DNA from: an uncultured Candidatus Rokubacteria bacterium
GTDB taxonomy: Bacteria; Methylomirabilota; Methylomirabilia; Rokubacteriales; CSP1-6
Length of the DNA stretch: 64,000 nt
Assembly (NCBI GenBank): GCA_963754315.1
Contig: CAVWFS010000005.1
Coordinates: 190,384-254,383, forward strand
Direction of reading: 5' to 3'
Position 1 is the stretch's first letter; each line of letters begins with the position of its first letter. A program made the translations under genes and the position numbers. Shown here in pieces: positions 29,016 through 37,780 of this stretch. Below the pieces are notes generated by a model. That model saw only the letters and a list, made by a program, of their open reading frames with translations, made no database searches and was not told the origin of the DNA.

Positions 29016-31319
29016 ATGGCGATGAACATTCGACGCAACACGACAGAGAACCCAGGGCTGCCCATCGCCGTCATCGGCGCGGGACCGATCGGGCTGGCCG
29101 CCGCCGCACACCTTGCGTCCCGGGGCCTGCCCTTCGTTGTCCTCGAGGCTGGTCAGTCGGTCGGCGCCCATGTGAGCGCGTGGAGCCACGTGCAGGTCTT
29201 CTCCCCCTGGCGGTACAACATCGATGCAGCGGCCGGAGCCATGCTCAAGGCAGCCGGCTGGAAGGAGCCGGATCGCGACGTGCTGCCCACTGGCGGCGAG
29301 CTAGTGGCGGAATACCTCCGCCCCCTCGGAGAGCTTCCCCAGATTGCTCCGCACGTGCGCCTGGGCACACGTGTCCTCGCCGTCGCTCGCGCCGGCTACG
29401 ACAAGATGAAGACAGCAGGGCGCGACCAGGCGCCCTTCGAGCTGCGCGTCCACTCCTTCGCCGGTGAGGAGAGGCAGCTCGCGCGGGCCGTCATCGATGC
29501 GTCGGGCACGTATGCGGTCCCCAATCCGCTGGGCGCCAACGGCCTGCCTGCGATCGGCGAGTCAGAATCCGGCTCACGCGTGTTTTACGGAATCCCCGAC
29601 GTTGGCGGGGTCCACCGTGGCCGCTATGCTCGGCGCGCTATCGTGGTCGTTGGCAGTGGGCACTCCGCGTTCAACACCTTGCTCGACCTGCACGATCTCG
29701 CCCTGGCCGAAGTGGGGACAACGATCACCTGGGCCGTGCGTCGGAGCGACATCGGTGCGATGTACGGCGGCGGCGATGCCGACACGCTCCCGGCCCGAGG
29801 CAGCCTGGGCGCCCGCCTGCGCCAGCTCGTCGAGTCGGGGCGGCTGCGCCTGGTGACCGGCTTTCTGACACGCGAGCTCCGGCGTGACGCAAAGCGGGTG
29901 AGCCTTGTCGACACGCAAGGCCGGACGCTCGGCCCATTCGACGAGATCATCGCCGTGACGGGATTTCGACCGGACCTGGCCATGCTGGGCGAGCTGCGTC
30001 TTGATCTCGATCCCGCCGTGGAGAGTCCACGGGCGCTCGCGCCGCTGATCGATCCTAACGTCCACAGCTGTGGCACCGTACCGCCGCACGGTGTCGAGGA
30101 GCTGCGCCAGCCCGAGACGAACTTCTTCGTGGTGGGGATGAAGAGCTACGGACGGGCGCCGACCTTTCTCATGCTCACCGGGTACGAGCAGGTGCGCTCG
30201 GTCGTGGCCGCCCTCGCCGGCGACTGGGAGTCGGCCCGGCGCATGGAGCTGACCTTGCCGCCCACAGGCGTGTGCTCATCGACGCCAATCGCCGGGACCC
30301 TGGCCACCGCATGCTGTGACACCACGGTGGCGGCGGAGGTCGCGACAGCCGCCGCCGCGACCGGCTGCTGTACGCCCTCTCCGGCGGACGACACGTCCGG
30401 CGCATGCTGTGCACCAGCTCCGGACGCGGCCGCAAGCGCATGCTGTGCCCCCGCACCAACACTCATCCCGAGCCTAGATCAGCCGAAAGCCAAGGAGACC
30501 ACCATGGAACGGACGGACGCGATCAAGGATGTCGTCAAGGCCAAGTACGGCGCCGCCGCCCTTCGCGTGGCAAGCGGAAGCACGTCCTGCTGCGGTGGCA
30601 CCACCTCCCGCTCAACTGCGGATCCCATCACCTCCAACCTCTATGGTGAGGAGACAGCGGAGGTTCCGCCCGAGGCGCTCGCCGCCTCGCTCGGATGCGG
30701 CAATCCAACCGCGCTCGCCGAATTGCGGGCGGGCGAAGTGGTGCTGGATCTCGGCTCGGGCGGTGGCATCGACGTCTTGCTCTCCGCCAGGCGGGTCGGG
30801 CCCGAGGGCAAGGCGTACGGGCTTGACATGACCGACGAGATGCTCGCTCTGGCGCGGGAGAACCAGCGCAAAGCGGGGGTCACCAACGTCGAGTTCCTCA
30901 AGGGGGAGATCGAGCACATGCCGCTGCCGAACGAAGCCGTGGACGTGATCATCTCCAACTGCGTGATCAACCTCTCGCCGGACAAGGACGCCGTCCTGGC
31001 CGAGGCCTTCCGGGTTCTGAAGCCCGGCGGCCGGGTGGCGGTTTCCGACGTGGTAGTCCGCGGAGAGGTGCCGGCCGCCGTGCGCAAGAGCGTCGAACTC
31101 TGGATCGGCTGTGTGGCCGGCGCCCTGGAGGAATCGGAGTACCGCGCGAAGCTGCAGAAGGCGGGCTTCGAGGCGATCGACATCGAGCCGACGCGCGTCT
31201 ACAGCGGCGAGAGCGCGCGGGAGCGCTTGTCTGCCGCGGGGCTGGATGCCGAGACGATCGCGAGCGTGGAGGGCAGGTTCATCAGCGCGTTCATCCGCGC
31301 GCGCAAGCCACAGCCATGA
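29016..31319 (+). CDS. arsM: Fusion protein: FAD/NAD(P)-binding flavoprotein (ArsO/FMO-like), Cys-pair-rich linker, then As(III) S-adenosylmethionine methyltransferase ArsM
   Basis: N-terminal part has AVIGAGPIGLAAA and VVVGSGHSAFN dinucleotide folds. The linker has four CC dyads. The C-terminal part has the four conserved ArsM cysteine contexts (SCCGG, LGCGNP, ISNCVINL, WIGCVAGA) and the SAM motif VLDLGSGGG. Confidence 0.8.
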   Translation: MAMNIRRNTTENPGLPIAVIGAGPIGLAAAAHLASRGLPFVVLEAGQSVGAHVSAWSHVQVFSPWRYNIDAAAGAMLKAAGWKEPDRDVLPTGGELVAEYLRPLGELPQIAPHVRLGTRVLAVARAGYDKMKTAGRDQAPFELRVHSFAGEERQLARAVIDASGTYAVPNPLGANGLPAIGESESGSRVFYGIPDVGGVHRGRYARRAIVVVGSGHSAFNTLLDLHDLALAEVGTTITWAVRRSDIGAMYGGGDADTLPARGSLGARLRQLVESGRLRLVTGFLTRELRRDAKRVSLVDTQGRTLGPFDEIIAVTGFRPDLAMLGELRLDLDPAVESPRALAPLIDPNVHSCGTVPPHGVEELRQPETNFFVVGMKSYGRAPTFLMLTGYEQVRSVVAALAGDWESARRMELTLPPTGVCSSTPIAGTLATACCDTTVAAEVATAAAATGCCTPSPADDTSGACCAPAPDAAASACCAPAPTLIPSLDQPKAKETTMERTDAIKDVVKAKYGAAALRVASGSTSCCGGTTSRSTADPITSNLYGEETAEVPPEALAASLGCGNPTALAELRAGEVVLDLGSGGGIDVLLSARRVGPEGKAYGLDMTDEMLALARENQRKAGVTNVEFLKGEIEHMPLPNEAVDVIISNCVINLSPDKDAVLAEAFRVLKPGGRVAVSDVVVRGEVPAAVRKSVELWIGCVAGALEESEYRAKLQKAGFEAIDIEPTRVYSGESARERLSAAGLDAETIASVEGRFISAFIRARKPQP

Positions 31320-31371
31320 CGGGTGCCTGGGAAGGTCTAGCGTAGGGGGCCTTGGCGACGGCACCGACGCG

Positions 31372-31902
31372 ATGACCCGCCCCCCAATCACCACGCGGCT
31401 GGCGACGACGGCCGATGCCGCGCCCATCGCCGGGATCTACAACGAAGGCATCGCCGATCGCATCGCCACGTTCGAGACGGAGCCGCGAACGGCAGACCAG
31501 ATCGCGGCGCAGCTGGTCGACAAGGGCGATCGGTTCCCGACCGTGGTCGCGGAGCGAGAAGGCCGAATCGTGGCCTGGGCCAGCGCGGGGCCATACCGGA
31601 ATCGCCCCGCGTATGCCGGTGTGGCCGAGCACTCGGTCTACGTGGCCCGCGGCGACCGTGGCACCGGAGCTGGGCGGGCCGCCCTGGATGCACTCTGCCG
31701 CGCATACGACGAGCGCGGGTTCTGGAAGGTTGTCTCGCGCATCTTCCCCGAGAACACCGCGAGCCTCGCCCTCCATGAGCGCTGTGGGTTCCGTGTGGTT
31801 GGCGTTTATCGCCGCCACGGCCAGCTGGACGGCACGTTGCGCGACTGCGTCATCGTCGAGAAGCTCCTCGGCGACGACTCCCAGACTCAGACGTCGGCCT
31901 GA
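31372..31902 (+). CDS. arsN: GNAT acetyltransferase of the phosphinothricin/arsinothricin N-acetyltransferase type (ArsN1-like)
   Basis: PAT-family pattern IAGIYNEGI...ATFE...PYRNRPAYAGVAEHSVYV...ASLALHERCGF. Located inside the ars cluster. Confidence 0.7.
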   Translation: MTRPPITTRLATTADAAPIAGIYNEGIADRIATFETEPRTADQIAAQLVDKGDRFPTVVAEREGRIVAWASAGPYRNRPAYAGVAEHSVYVARGDRGTGAGRAALDALCRAYDERGFWKVVSRIFPENTASLALHERCGFRVVGVYRRHGQLDGTLRDCVIVEKLLGDDSQTQTSA

Positions 31903-31918
31903 TGGCAACGCCGATGCC

Positions 31919-33175
31919 ATGACGTGGAACCGCGGCGTACTGGCGATGTGCGCGGCGCAAGCCTCTGCCCAAATCGGCGCTTTCAGCGTCGCGGCGCTCC
32001 TTCCAACCCTCATTCCTGCCTGGTCACTCACCAACACGGAGGCGGGTTGGATCGGAGGCATCTACTACGCCGCCTACACGCTGGTCGTACCCGTGCTCTC
32101 CTCCCTCGCCGATCGCGTGGATCCGAAGCGCATCTATCTTGTCTCCGTGGCACTGACCGCCGTCGCGTTCGCCGGATTCGCCTGGGCCGCCACAGGATTC
32201 TGGTCAGCTTTGGCGTTTCGCGCCCTGATGGGTGCCGGCTGGGCCGGCAGCTACATGCCGGGGCTCAAGGCGCTGAGTGACTGCGCCGAAGGTCCGCAGC
32301 TGTCGCGCGCCGTCGCTGCCCACGCCGCGGCGGTCGGCGTCAGCGGCGCCCTCTCGTTCGGCGTGGCCGGGGCGGTCAACGCGTGGCTCGGCTGGCAGTG
32401 GGCCCTCGTGCCGGGCGCTCTGGGAGCTGGTCTGGCATTCGTACTCGTGCTGGTCGGCCTGCCCGCTCAGCCTCCGCGCGCCTCAGCGGGGCAGCGCGGT
32501 GCACTGCTCGACTTTCGCCCGATCTTTCGCAACCGGTCGGCACTGGCCTACTCCGTCGCGTACGCCGTGCACACGTGGGAAATGTCGGCACTCAGGGCGT
32601 GGGTGGTCACGTTTCTCACGTTTGCAGCCGCGCACAGCGCCGGCACATGGACACCCCTGGCGCCCGCAACCGTTGCCAGCATCATGGGGCTCCTCGGCGT
32701 ATGGGCCAGCATATGGGGTAACGAGCTGGCCATCCGGTTCGGACGCCGCCGGTTCATTCTCAGCACGATGCTCGCCTCGGCCGCGATGGCCGGCATGGTC
32801 GGCTTCAGCGCAGCGCTCCCGTATGCCGTTGCGGCGGCGCTGGTGCTCGTCTACGCCATGCTGATCTGGTCGGATTCCTCTTCACTGACGGCGGGGAGTG
32901 CCGGCAGCGCCGAGCCTGGCCGCCGCGGCGCGACGCTGGCCGTCCATTCAACGCTTGGCTACGCGGGTGGCTTTCTGGGGCCGCTGGCGCTGGGCGCGAC
33001 GCTCGACCTCGTCGGTGGCACAAGCGTAATCGGTTGGGGCATCGCGTTCGCCCATGTCACCGTCGCGGTGCTCGCCGGGTGGATCGCGTTCGTGTGGTTG
33101 CGGCCGGCCGACCTCGCCGGCGATCGCCCGGCGATCGTGCCGCCCTATGCGGCTGGCAACGCGCCACCGGCGTGA
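31919..33175 (+). CDS. MFS transporter (possible organoarsenical/metalloid efflux)
   Basis: About 12 TM segments and the MFS loop motif SLADRVDPKRIY. Last gene of the ars cluster. Substrate is inferred only from context. Confidence 0.75.
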   Translation: MTWNRGVLAMCAAQASAQIGAFSVAALLPTLIPAWSLTNTEAGWIGGIYYAAYTLVVPVLSSLADRVDPKRIYLVSVALTAVAFAGFAWAATGFWSALAFRALMGAGWAGSYMPGLKALSDCAEGPQLSRAVAAHAAAVGVSGALSFGVAGAVNAWLGWQWALVPGALGAGLAFVLVLVGLPAQPPRASAGQRGALLDFRPIFRNRSALAYSVAYAVHTWEMSALRAWVVTFLTFAAAHSAGTWTPLAPATVASIMGLLGVWASIWGNELAIRFGRRRFILSTMLASAAMAGMVGFSAALPYAVAAALVLVYAMLIWSDSSSLTAGSAGSAEPGRRGATLAVHSTLGYAGGFLGPLALGATLDLVGGTSVIGWGIAFAHVTVAVLAGWIAFVWLRPADLAGDRPAIVPPYAAGNAPPA

Positions 33176-33309
33176 GGCGTACACGGGACCGGCAAAGGGA
33201 GTATTCTGAAGCTGCCTTCCACCGAGTCGCCTGGGTGACGCGCAGGGCGTCGGGCTCCTTGGCATGTGGCTTTGATTCTCACGGCCCAAGATCCAACGGA
33301 GCCGCCACC

Positions 33310-33579
33310 ATGCCCGACGAGTCTGCCCTTCGAGAGAAAGCTCGAGAAGCAATCCGGAGCGGTAAGCTGCCGATGCGCCCGCCCGATCGGACGTGGGGAG
33401 GTCCAGGTGTCGGGATCCCGTGCACGGTCTGCGGCCTGCCCGTGACGAAGCAGCAGATGGCGATCGAGATTCAGTTCAGCTACGACGGCGCGAGCCCACG
33501 ATTGGACAAGTTTGATGTCCACGTGCGGTGCTTCGCGGCGTGGGAGTTTGAGCGGGTCACGCTCGGGGGCGAGCGCTAA
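33310..33579 (+). CDS. Hypothetical small protein with CxxC motif
   Basis: 89-aa ORF (PCTVCGLP...). No recognised family. Confidence 0.35.
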   Translation: MPDESALREKAREAIRSGKLPMRPPDRTWGGPGVGIPCTVCGLPVTKQQMAIEIQFSYDGASPRLDKFDVHVRCFAAWEFERVTLGGER

Positions 33580-33630
33580 CCTGCCGACGATGTTGCCGCG
33601 GCCCTTCTGAGCCTCCTGCCGGGCTCGGTC

Positions 33631-34392
33631 ATGCCTCGCAGCGCGACCGGACGACGGTTCTCACCTACGCTGCGCTCCTCGTCATCGCCGCCGCGGCCTG
33701 GGGCCAGGTTCTCTGGTCAGCCTCGGCCCACGATGACATGAGCGGCATGGACATGCCGCCGACCGTTGCTGACGGTCTCCTCTACGTGGCGAACTGGACG
33801 GTCATGATGACGGCCATGATGCTGCCGAGCGCGATGCCCATGATCGCGCTCTACGCCGCCACGCAGCGGGCTGAGCCAAGTGCGGTGGCGAGGGCAGCGG
33901 CGGTGGCGCGGTTCACGCTCGTGTATCTCGGGCTCTGGGCCCTGACGGGCATACCGATCTACATCGGCAGCGTGACCCTCGGGCGCTTCTCCAGGGCGCT
34001 TCCCTATGGAGTCGCGCTCGCGCTCGTCGCCGCCGGCGTCTTTCAGCTCACACCGCTCAAGCAGATCTGTCTGCGCAACTGCCGCAGCTCCGCTCGGATT
34101 CCTCCTCGGCCACTGGCGGCCGGGCCTACGGGGTAGCCTCGCGATGGGTTGGGCGCACGCGGTATACTGCTTGGGCTGCTGCTGGGCGTTGATGGTCGTC
34201 CTGGTCGCCGCCGGAGCCATGGGTCTTCCCTGGGTCCTGCTCATTGCAGCGGTGGTCGCGGCGGAGAAGCTGGCGCCGCGCGGAGAGTGGGTTGCGCGAG
34301 CTACCGGGCTCGCGCTGATACTCCTGGGCGTGGCCGTCGCCCTGCGGCCAGACCTGGCGATGGTCCTGCGGGCGAGCGGCCATTCCATGTAA
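33631..34392 (+). pseudogene. DUF2182 family metal-binding membrane protein, two apparent frameshifts (~33645 and ~34089)
   Basis: Family-typical segments lie in three frames: MPRSATGRR; then VLTYAALLVIAAAAW...MDMPP...LTPLKQICLRNCRS; then PLGFLLGHWRPG...YCLGCCWALM. Confidence 0.7.
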
Positions 34393-34417
34393 CAGAGTGA
34401 GGCAACGGAGAGACGTC

Positions 34418-35071
34418 ATGGCGAATGTTCAGTGGCGGATCAACGGGGACTACTTTGAGGCGTGCAGTTGTGACTTCGTGTGTCCCTGCCCGACCTCGGG
34501 GCTGGCCGCATCGCCGACCAAGGGGGCCTGCGACGCGGGCCTCGTGTTCCAGGTGAGCCGGGGCCAGTACGGTAGCACCACGCTCGACGGCCTGAGCTTT
34601 GCCGTCCTGCTGCACACGCCCGGCCCGATGATCGCGGGCAACTGGACCGTTGGTCTCGTCTTGGACGAGCGCGGCTCACACGAGCAGCGCGAGGCGCTCA
34701 CTGCGATCGCCAGCGGTCAGGCGGGCGGGCCCATGGCCGCCCTCGCTCCGTTGATCGGCCGTTTCGGCGGCGCCGAGCCAAAGCCGATAACCATCACCAA
34801 GGACGGCATGCGCCGATCGGTCTCGATCCCGGGCATGCTCGATATCGCCATCGAGGGCGTCGCCGGCGCCAACCCGGGCGAGCCGGTCTACTTCGACAAT
34901 GTCGGCCACCCGGCCGCCTCCCGACTGGCGCTGGCCAAGGCATCCCGCGGCGACATGCACGGCTTCGGGATCGCGTGGGACGAAATGTCGGGCCGCAACG
35001 CGGTTACTCGAGCCGCGTCAAGGTCACGTCGAGGACACGCACGTCGCCGTCGGCCCGTCGCCACTGAATGA
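34418..35071 (+). CDS. DUF1326 domain protein
   Basis: WRINGDYFEACSCDFVCPCPTSG and SGQAGGPMAALAPLIG match the DUF1326 pattern. This is the usual partner of DUF2182. The C-terminal tail overlaps the convergent gene and may be extended artificially. Confidence 0.75.
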   Translation: MANVQWRINGDYFEACSCDFVCPCPTSGLAASPTKGACDAGLVFQVSRGQYGSTTLDGLSFAVLLHTPGPMIAGNWTVGLVLDERGSHEQREALTAIASGQAGGPMAALAPLIGRFGGAEPKPITITKDGMRRSVSIPGMLDIAIEGVAGANPGEPVYFDNVGHPAASRLALAKASRGDMHGFGIAWDEMSGRNAVTRAASRSRRGHARRRRPVATE

Positions 35072-36066
35072 GGATGGGACTCTGGTACGTGCCTTCCACG
35101 GGCCTGGCCGGGGCGTCCCCGCGCTCGGCCACGAGAACGCTGATGGCCCGCCGGATCCGAAGCATGTGGGCGACCGGCACGGCCACCGTGCGTGCGAGAA
35201 GCCGCTCCACGAGTGAATCCTGAAGGCCGAGCGTATCCAGGCCCGAGTTCAGCATCCGCACGAGGTCGTAGCGGGCGTAGCCGAGCGCCTTGGCCGGGAC
35301 GGCGCGGGGATTGGCGAGGAGGTGGCGGTACTCCTCGGCCATGAACCGCAGTGGGTCGCGCAGCACGGCGGCGAGATCGTACTTCATGAGGAGAGTCTCG
35401 AATTCGTTGATGGTCAGCGCCGCATCACGCTCCCCTCCCTCGAGGGCAATGCGGAGGCGGCCCCTCTCGATGCCCGCCTGGGCCACGAAGTCGGTGAGCT
35501 GGTCGTACAGTCCGAGCTTGGTGTCTTTGAGATTGACGGAATCGATGGGATGTCCCGACATGGGCACCCGCAGTCGCGTTCGCGCCACCGTCATTTCGCG
35601 ATGGAATCCGATCAGGCGCGTCAGCCGCTGACGCGGCCGCCCACGGGTGATCCCGTCCAGATCGACGAAGCAGACGACCTCGCCGGTCCGATTCGGATGC
35701 GTCACGCAGGGCCGGAGCCCGCCCGCGATGAAGGCCAGATGAGAATCCCCGTTGCGGGGCTCCACCGCCCGCTGAGCCGCGTCGAGATCCTGCCGGAATT
35801 CCAGCCAGTCGTGCGCATAGCCGGCGTCTTCGGGGAAGATCCGGCGCAAGGCCTCGACGTAGGCTGAGACCTGCCCCGGCCCGAGACGCGTCAGCAAGCC
35901 GACGGTCGAGGAAGCCGGCCGTCGTGTGCGGCGACCAGTAGAGGCAGCGCGGATACTCGGCCAGGGCCTCACGCTGGTCCGCTCCCAGCCGCGATCTCAA
36001 CTCGACCACGTCGAAACGGGCGCGGGCAGAGACGGCGAGGGTCAGGTCGAGGAGATCGGAAGCCAC
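35004..36066 (-). CDS. Hypothetical protein with YjbQ/UPF0047-like segments, apparent frameshift near 35902
   Basis: The N-terminus of ORF 35425..36066 (..LYWSPHTTAGFLDR) continues in ORF 35004..35972 (LLTRLGPGQVSAYVEAL...). GTG 36066 is preceded by GGGGAGGG. Confidence 0.5.
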
Positions 36067-36109
36067 CGCCCTCCCCGTATGGCCTCGCGCATCACGAGGC
36101 GGCGACCGC

Positions 36110-36850
36110 CTACGGCGTCGGACGCTGGCCGAGCGGCGTTCCCACGACCACCACCAGGCGCAGAAACGCCAACACCTTGATGGCGAGCCACGACGGATCC
36201 AGCTCCGATCGGCGCAGACTGAACTTGGGGGAACGCGGAAAGGCGTGGTGGTTATTGTGCAGGCTCTCGCCCCCCGTCAGCCAGGCCAGGACGCGGGAAT
36301 TGTACGCGGTGTTGCCGAAATTCTGGGCGCCACGCCAATGACCCAGCCCGTTAATCAATGGCGCCAGCACAAACATGTAGAGGATTCCGTGCCCGATCAT
36401 GGCCACCGGGCCCTGCCACCAGCCGATGGCCAGGCTCACGAGCGCAGTGCCGAGGAAGAGTCCCGTCCACCCCCAGGAAAAGATGCGCCGCTCCCACCAG
36501 TCAGCTCCGATATCCGGGGCGAACTTTCCAACGGTCTCGCCGTTGCGTGCCTCTCGAACGTAGTAGTACACGTTCCAGAGTTGCACCTTCCAGAAGCCCA
36601 GCAGGAGCGGGCTGTGAGGATCACCCTCGCGATCGGTAAAGGTGTGATGCTTGCGATGCACGGCCACCCACTGTTGCCGGGTCTGGCCGGTGAGGAGCCA
36701 CAGGACCACGCGGAAAAAGGCAGCGGCCGCCGGGCGCAGGATGAGGGAGCGGTGGGCCAGCGCACGGTGCAGGTAGATCGACGTGGCCACCGTGGCCAGC
36801 TGGGCGAGGATGAAGGCAGCAATAGCGATGATCAAGATCTGGAGACTCAA
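36110..36850 (-). CDS. Membrane acyl-CoA/acyl-lipid desaturase
   Basis: Three histidine boxes (HRALAH, HRKHH, HNNHH) and an N-terminal TM segment. Confidence 0.85.
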   Translation of the reverse strand: MSLQILIIAIAAFILAQLATVATSIYLHRALAHRSLILRPAAAAFFRVVLWLLTGQTRQQWVAVHRKHHTFTDREGDPHSPLLLGFWKVQLWNVYYYVREARNGETVGKFAPDIGADWWERRIFSWGWTGLFLGTALVSLAIGWWQGPVAMIGHGILYMFVLAPLINGLGHWRGAQNFGNTAYNSRVLAWLTGGESLHNNHHAFPRSPKFSLRRSELDPSWLAIKVLAFLRLVVVVGTPLGQRPTP

Positions 36851-36877
36851 CGGTTCACGGTCCTTTCACAGTCGCCC

Positions 36878-37780
36878 TCAGCGGGGCTCTCGCTGGTACA
36901 CGTGTTCCCGGGTACGCGGCGCATAGCCACCGTGCCCGTCACCGTGCTTGCGATTCAACACCTGGTAGAGCCCGATGGATCCCGCCTCGAAGGCGACCGC
37001 CGAGCACGTTAGGTAGAGAAGCCAGGTCCGGTATGTGCGTTCCCCGGCCACGGCCCGGGCTTCGGCGGCCCGCGCCCGCAGTCGCTCCACCCACTGCCGG
37101 CACGTGCGGGCGTAGTGCAGGCGCAGTCCCTCGACGTCGAGGATCTCCAGGCCCGCCCGCTCGATCTCGGTCAGCGTCTCGGTCAGGCCCGCCAGGTCGC
37201 CGTTTGGGAACACGTGCCGGTACAGGAACTCGGTCTGGCTGGAGGGCTTCCAGTGGTGCTCGTGGACGATCCCGTGGTTGAGATAGAGACCGCCGTCATT
37301 CAGCCGGGCCCGCACTCCCTTGAAGAAGGCCGGATAGTTTGGGATCCCGACGTGCTCGATCATGCCAACGGCGGCGATCTTGTCGTAGGTGATGTGGGCA
37401 GGCAGATCACGGTAGTCCAGAAACTCCACCCGGCAGCGACCAGCCAGGCCCTCGCGGAGAATTCGCGAGGCGGCATAGTCAGCCTGCGCCTTGGACAGGG
37501 TCACCCCGTGGGCTCTCACCTGGTAGTGCTGGGCTGCCCAGATGGCCAGGCTGCCCCAGCCACAGCCGATGTCGAGCAGGGTCTCGTCCGGCTTGAGCTC
37601 GAGCTTGCGGCAGACGAGATCGAGCTTGTCCTGCTGCGCTTGCTCGAGCTTGCCGTCGGGCTCGCGATAGTACGCGCAGGTGTAGACCATCAGCGGATCC
37701 AGGAAGAGTTCGTAGAACTCGGTGGACACGTCGTAGTGGTGAGCAATCGCGGTGGCGTCCGCGTCCCGACTTGCGTATCC
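36878..37780 (-). CDS. Cyclopropane-fatty-acyl-phospholipid synthase family SAM methyltransferase, catalytic domain only
   Basis: IAHHYDVSTEFYELFLDPLMVYTCAYY and LLDIGCGWGSLA are CMAS hallmarks. The frame is open from the upstream TGA (37781..37783). The first canonical start (GTG 37729) lies after the conserved HHYD. Confidence 0.75.
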   Translation of the reverse strand, partial: GYASRDADATAIAHHYDVSTEFYELFLDPLMVYTCAYYREPDGKLEQAQQDKLDLVCRKLELKPDETLLDIGCGWGSLAIWAAQHYQVRAHGVTLSKAQADYAASRILREGLAGRCRVEFLDYRDLPAHITYDKIAAVGMIEHVGIPNYPAFFKGVRARLNDGGLYLNHGIVHEHHWKPSSQTEFLYRHVFPNGDLAGLTETLTEIERAGLEILDVEGLRLHYARTCRQWVERLRARAAEARAVAGERTYRTWLLYLTCSAVAFEAGSIGLYQVLNRKHGDGHGGYAPRTREHVYQREPR

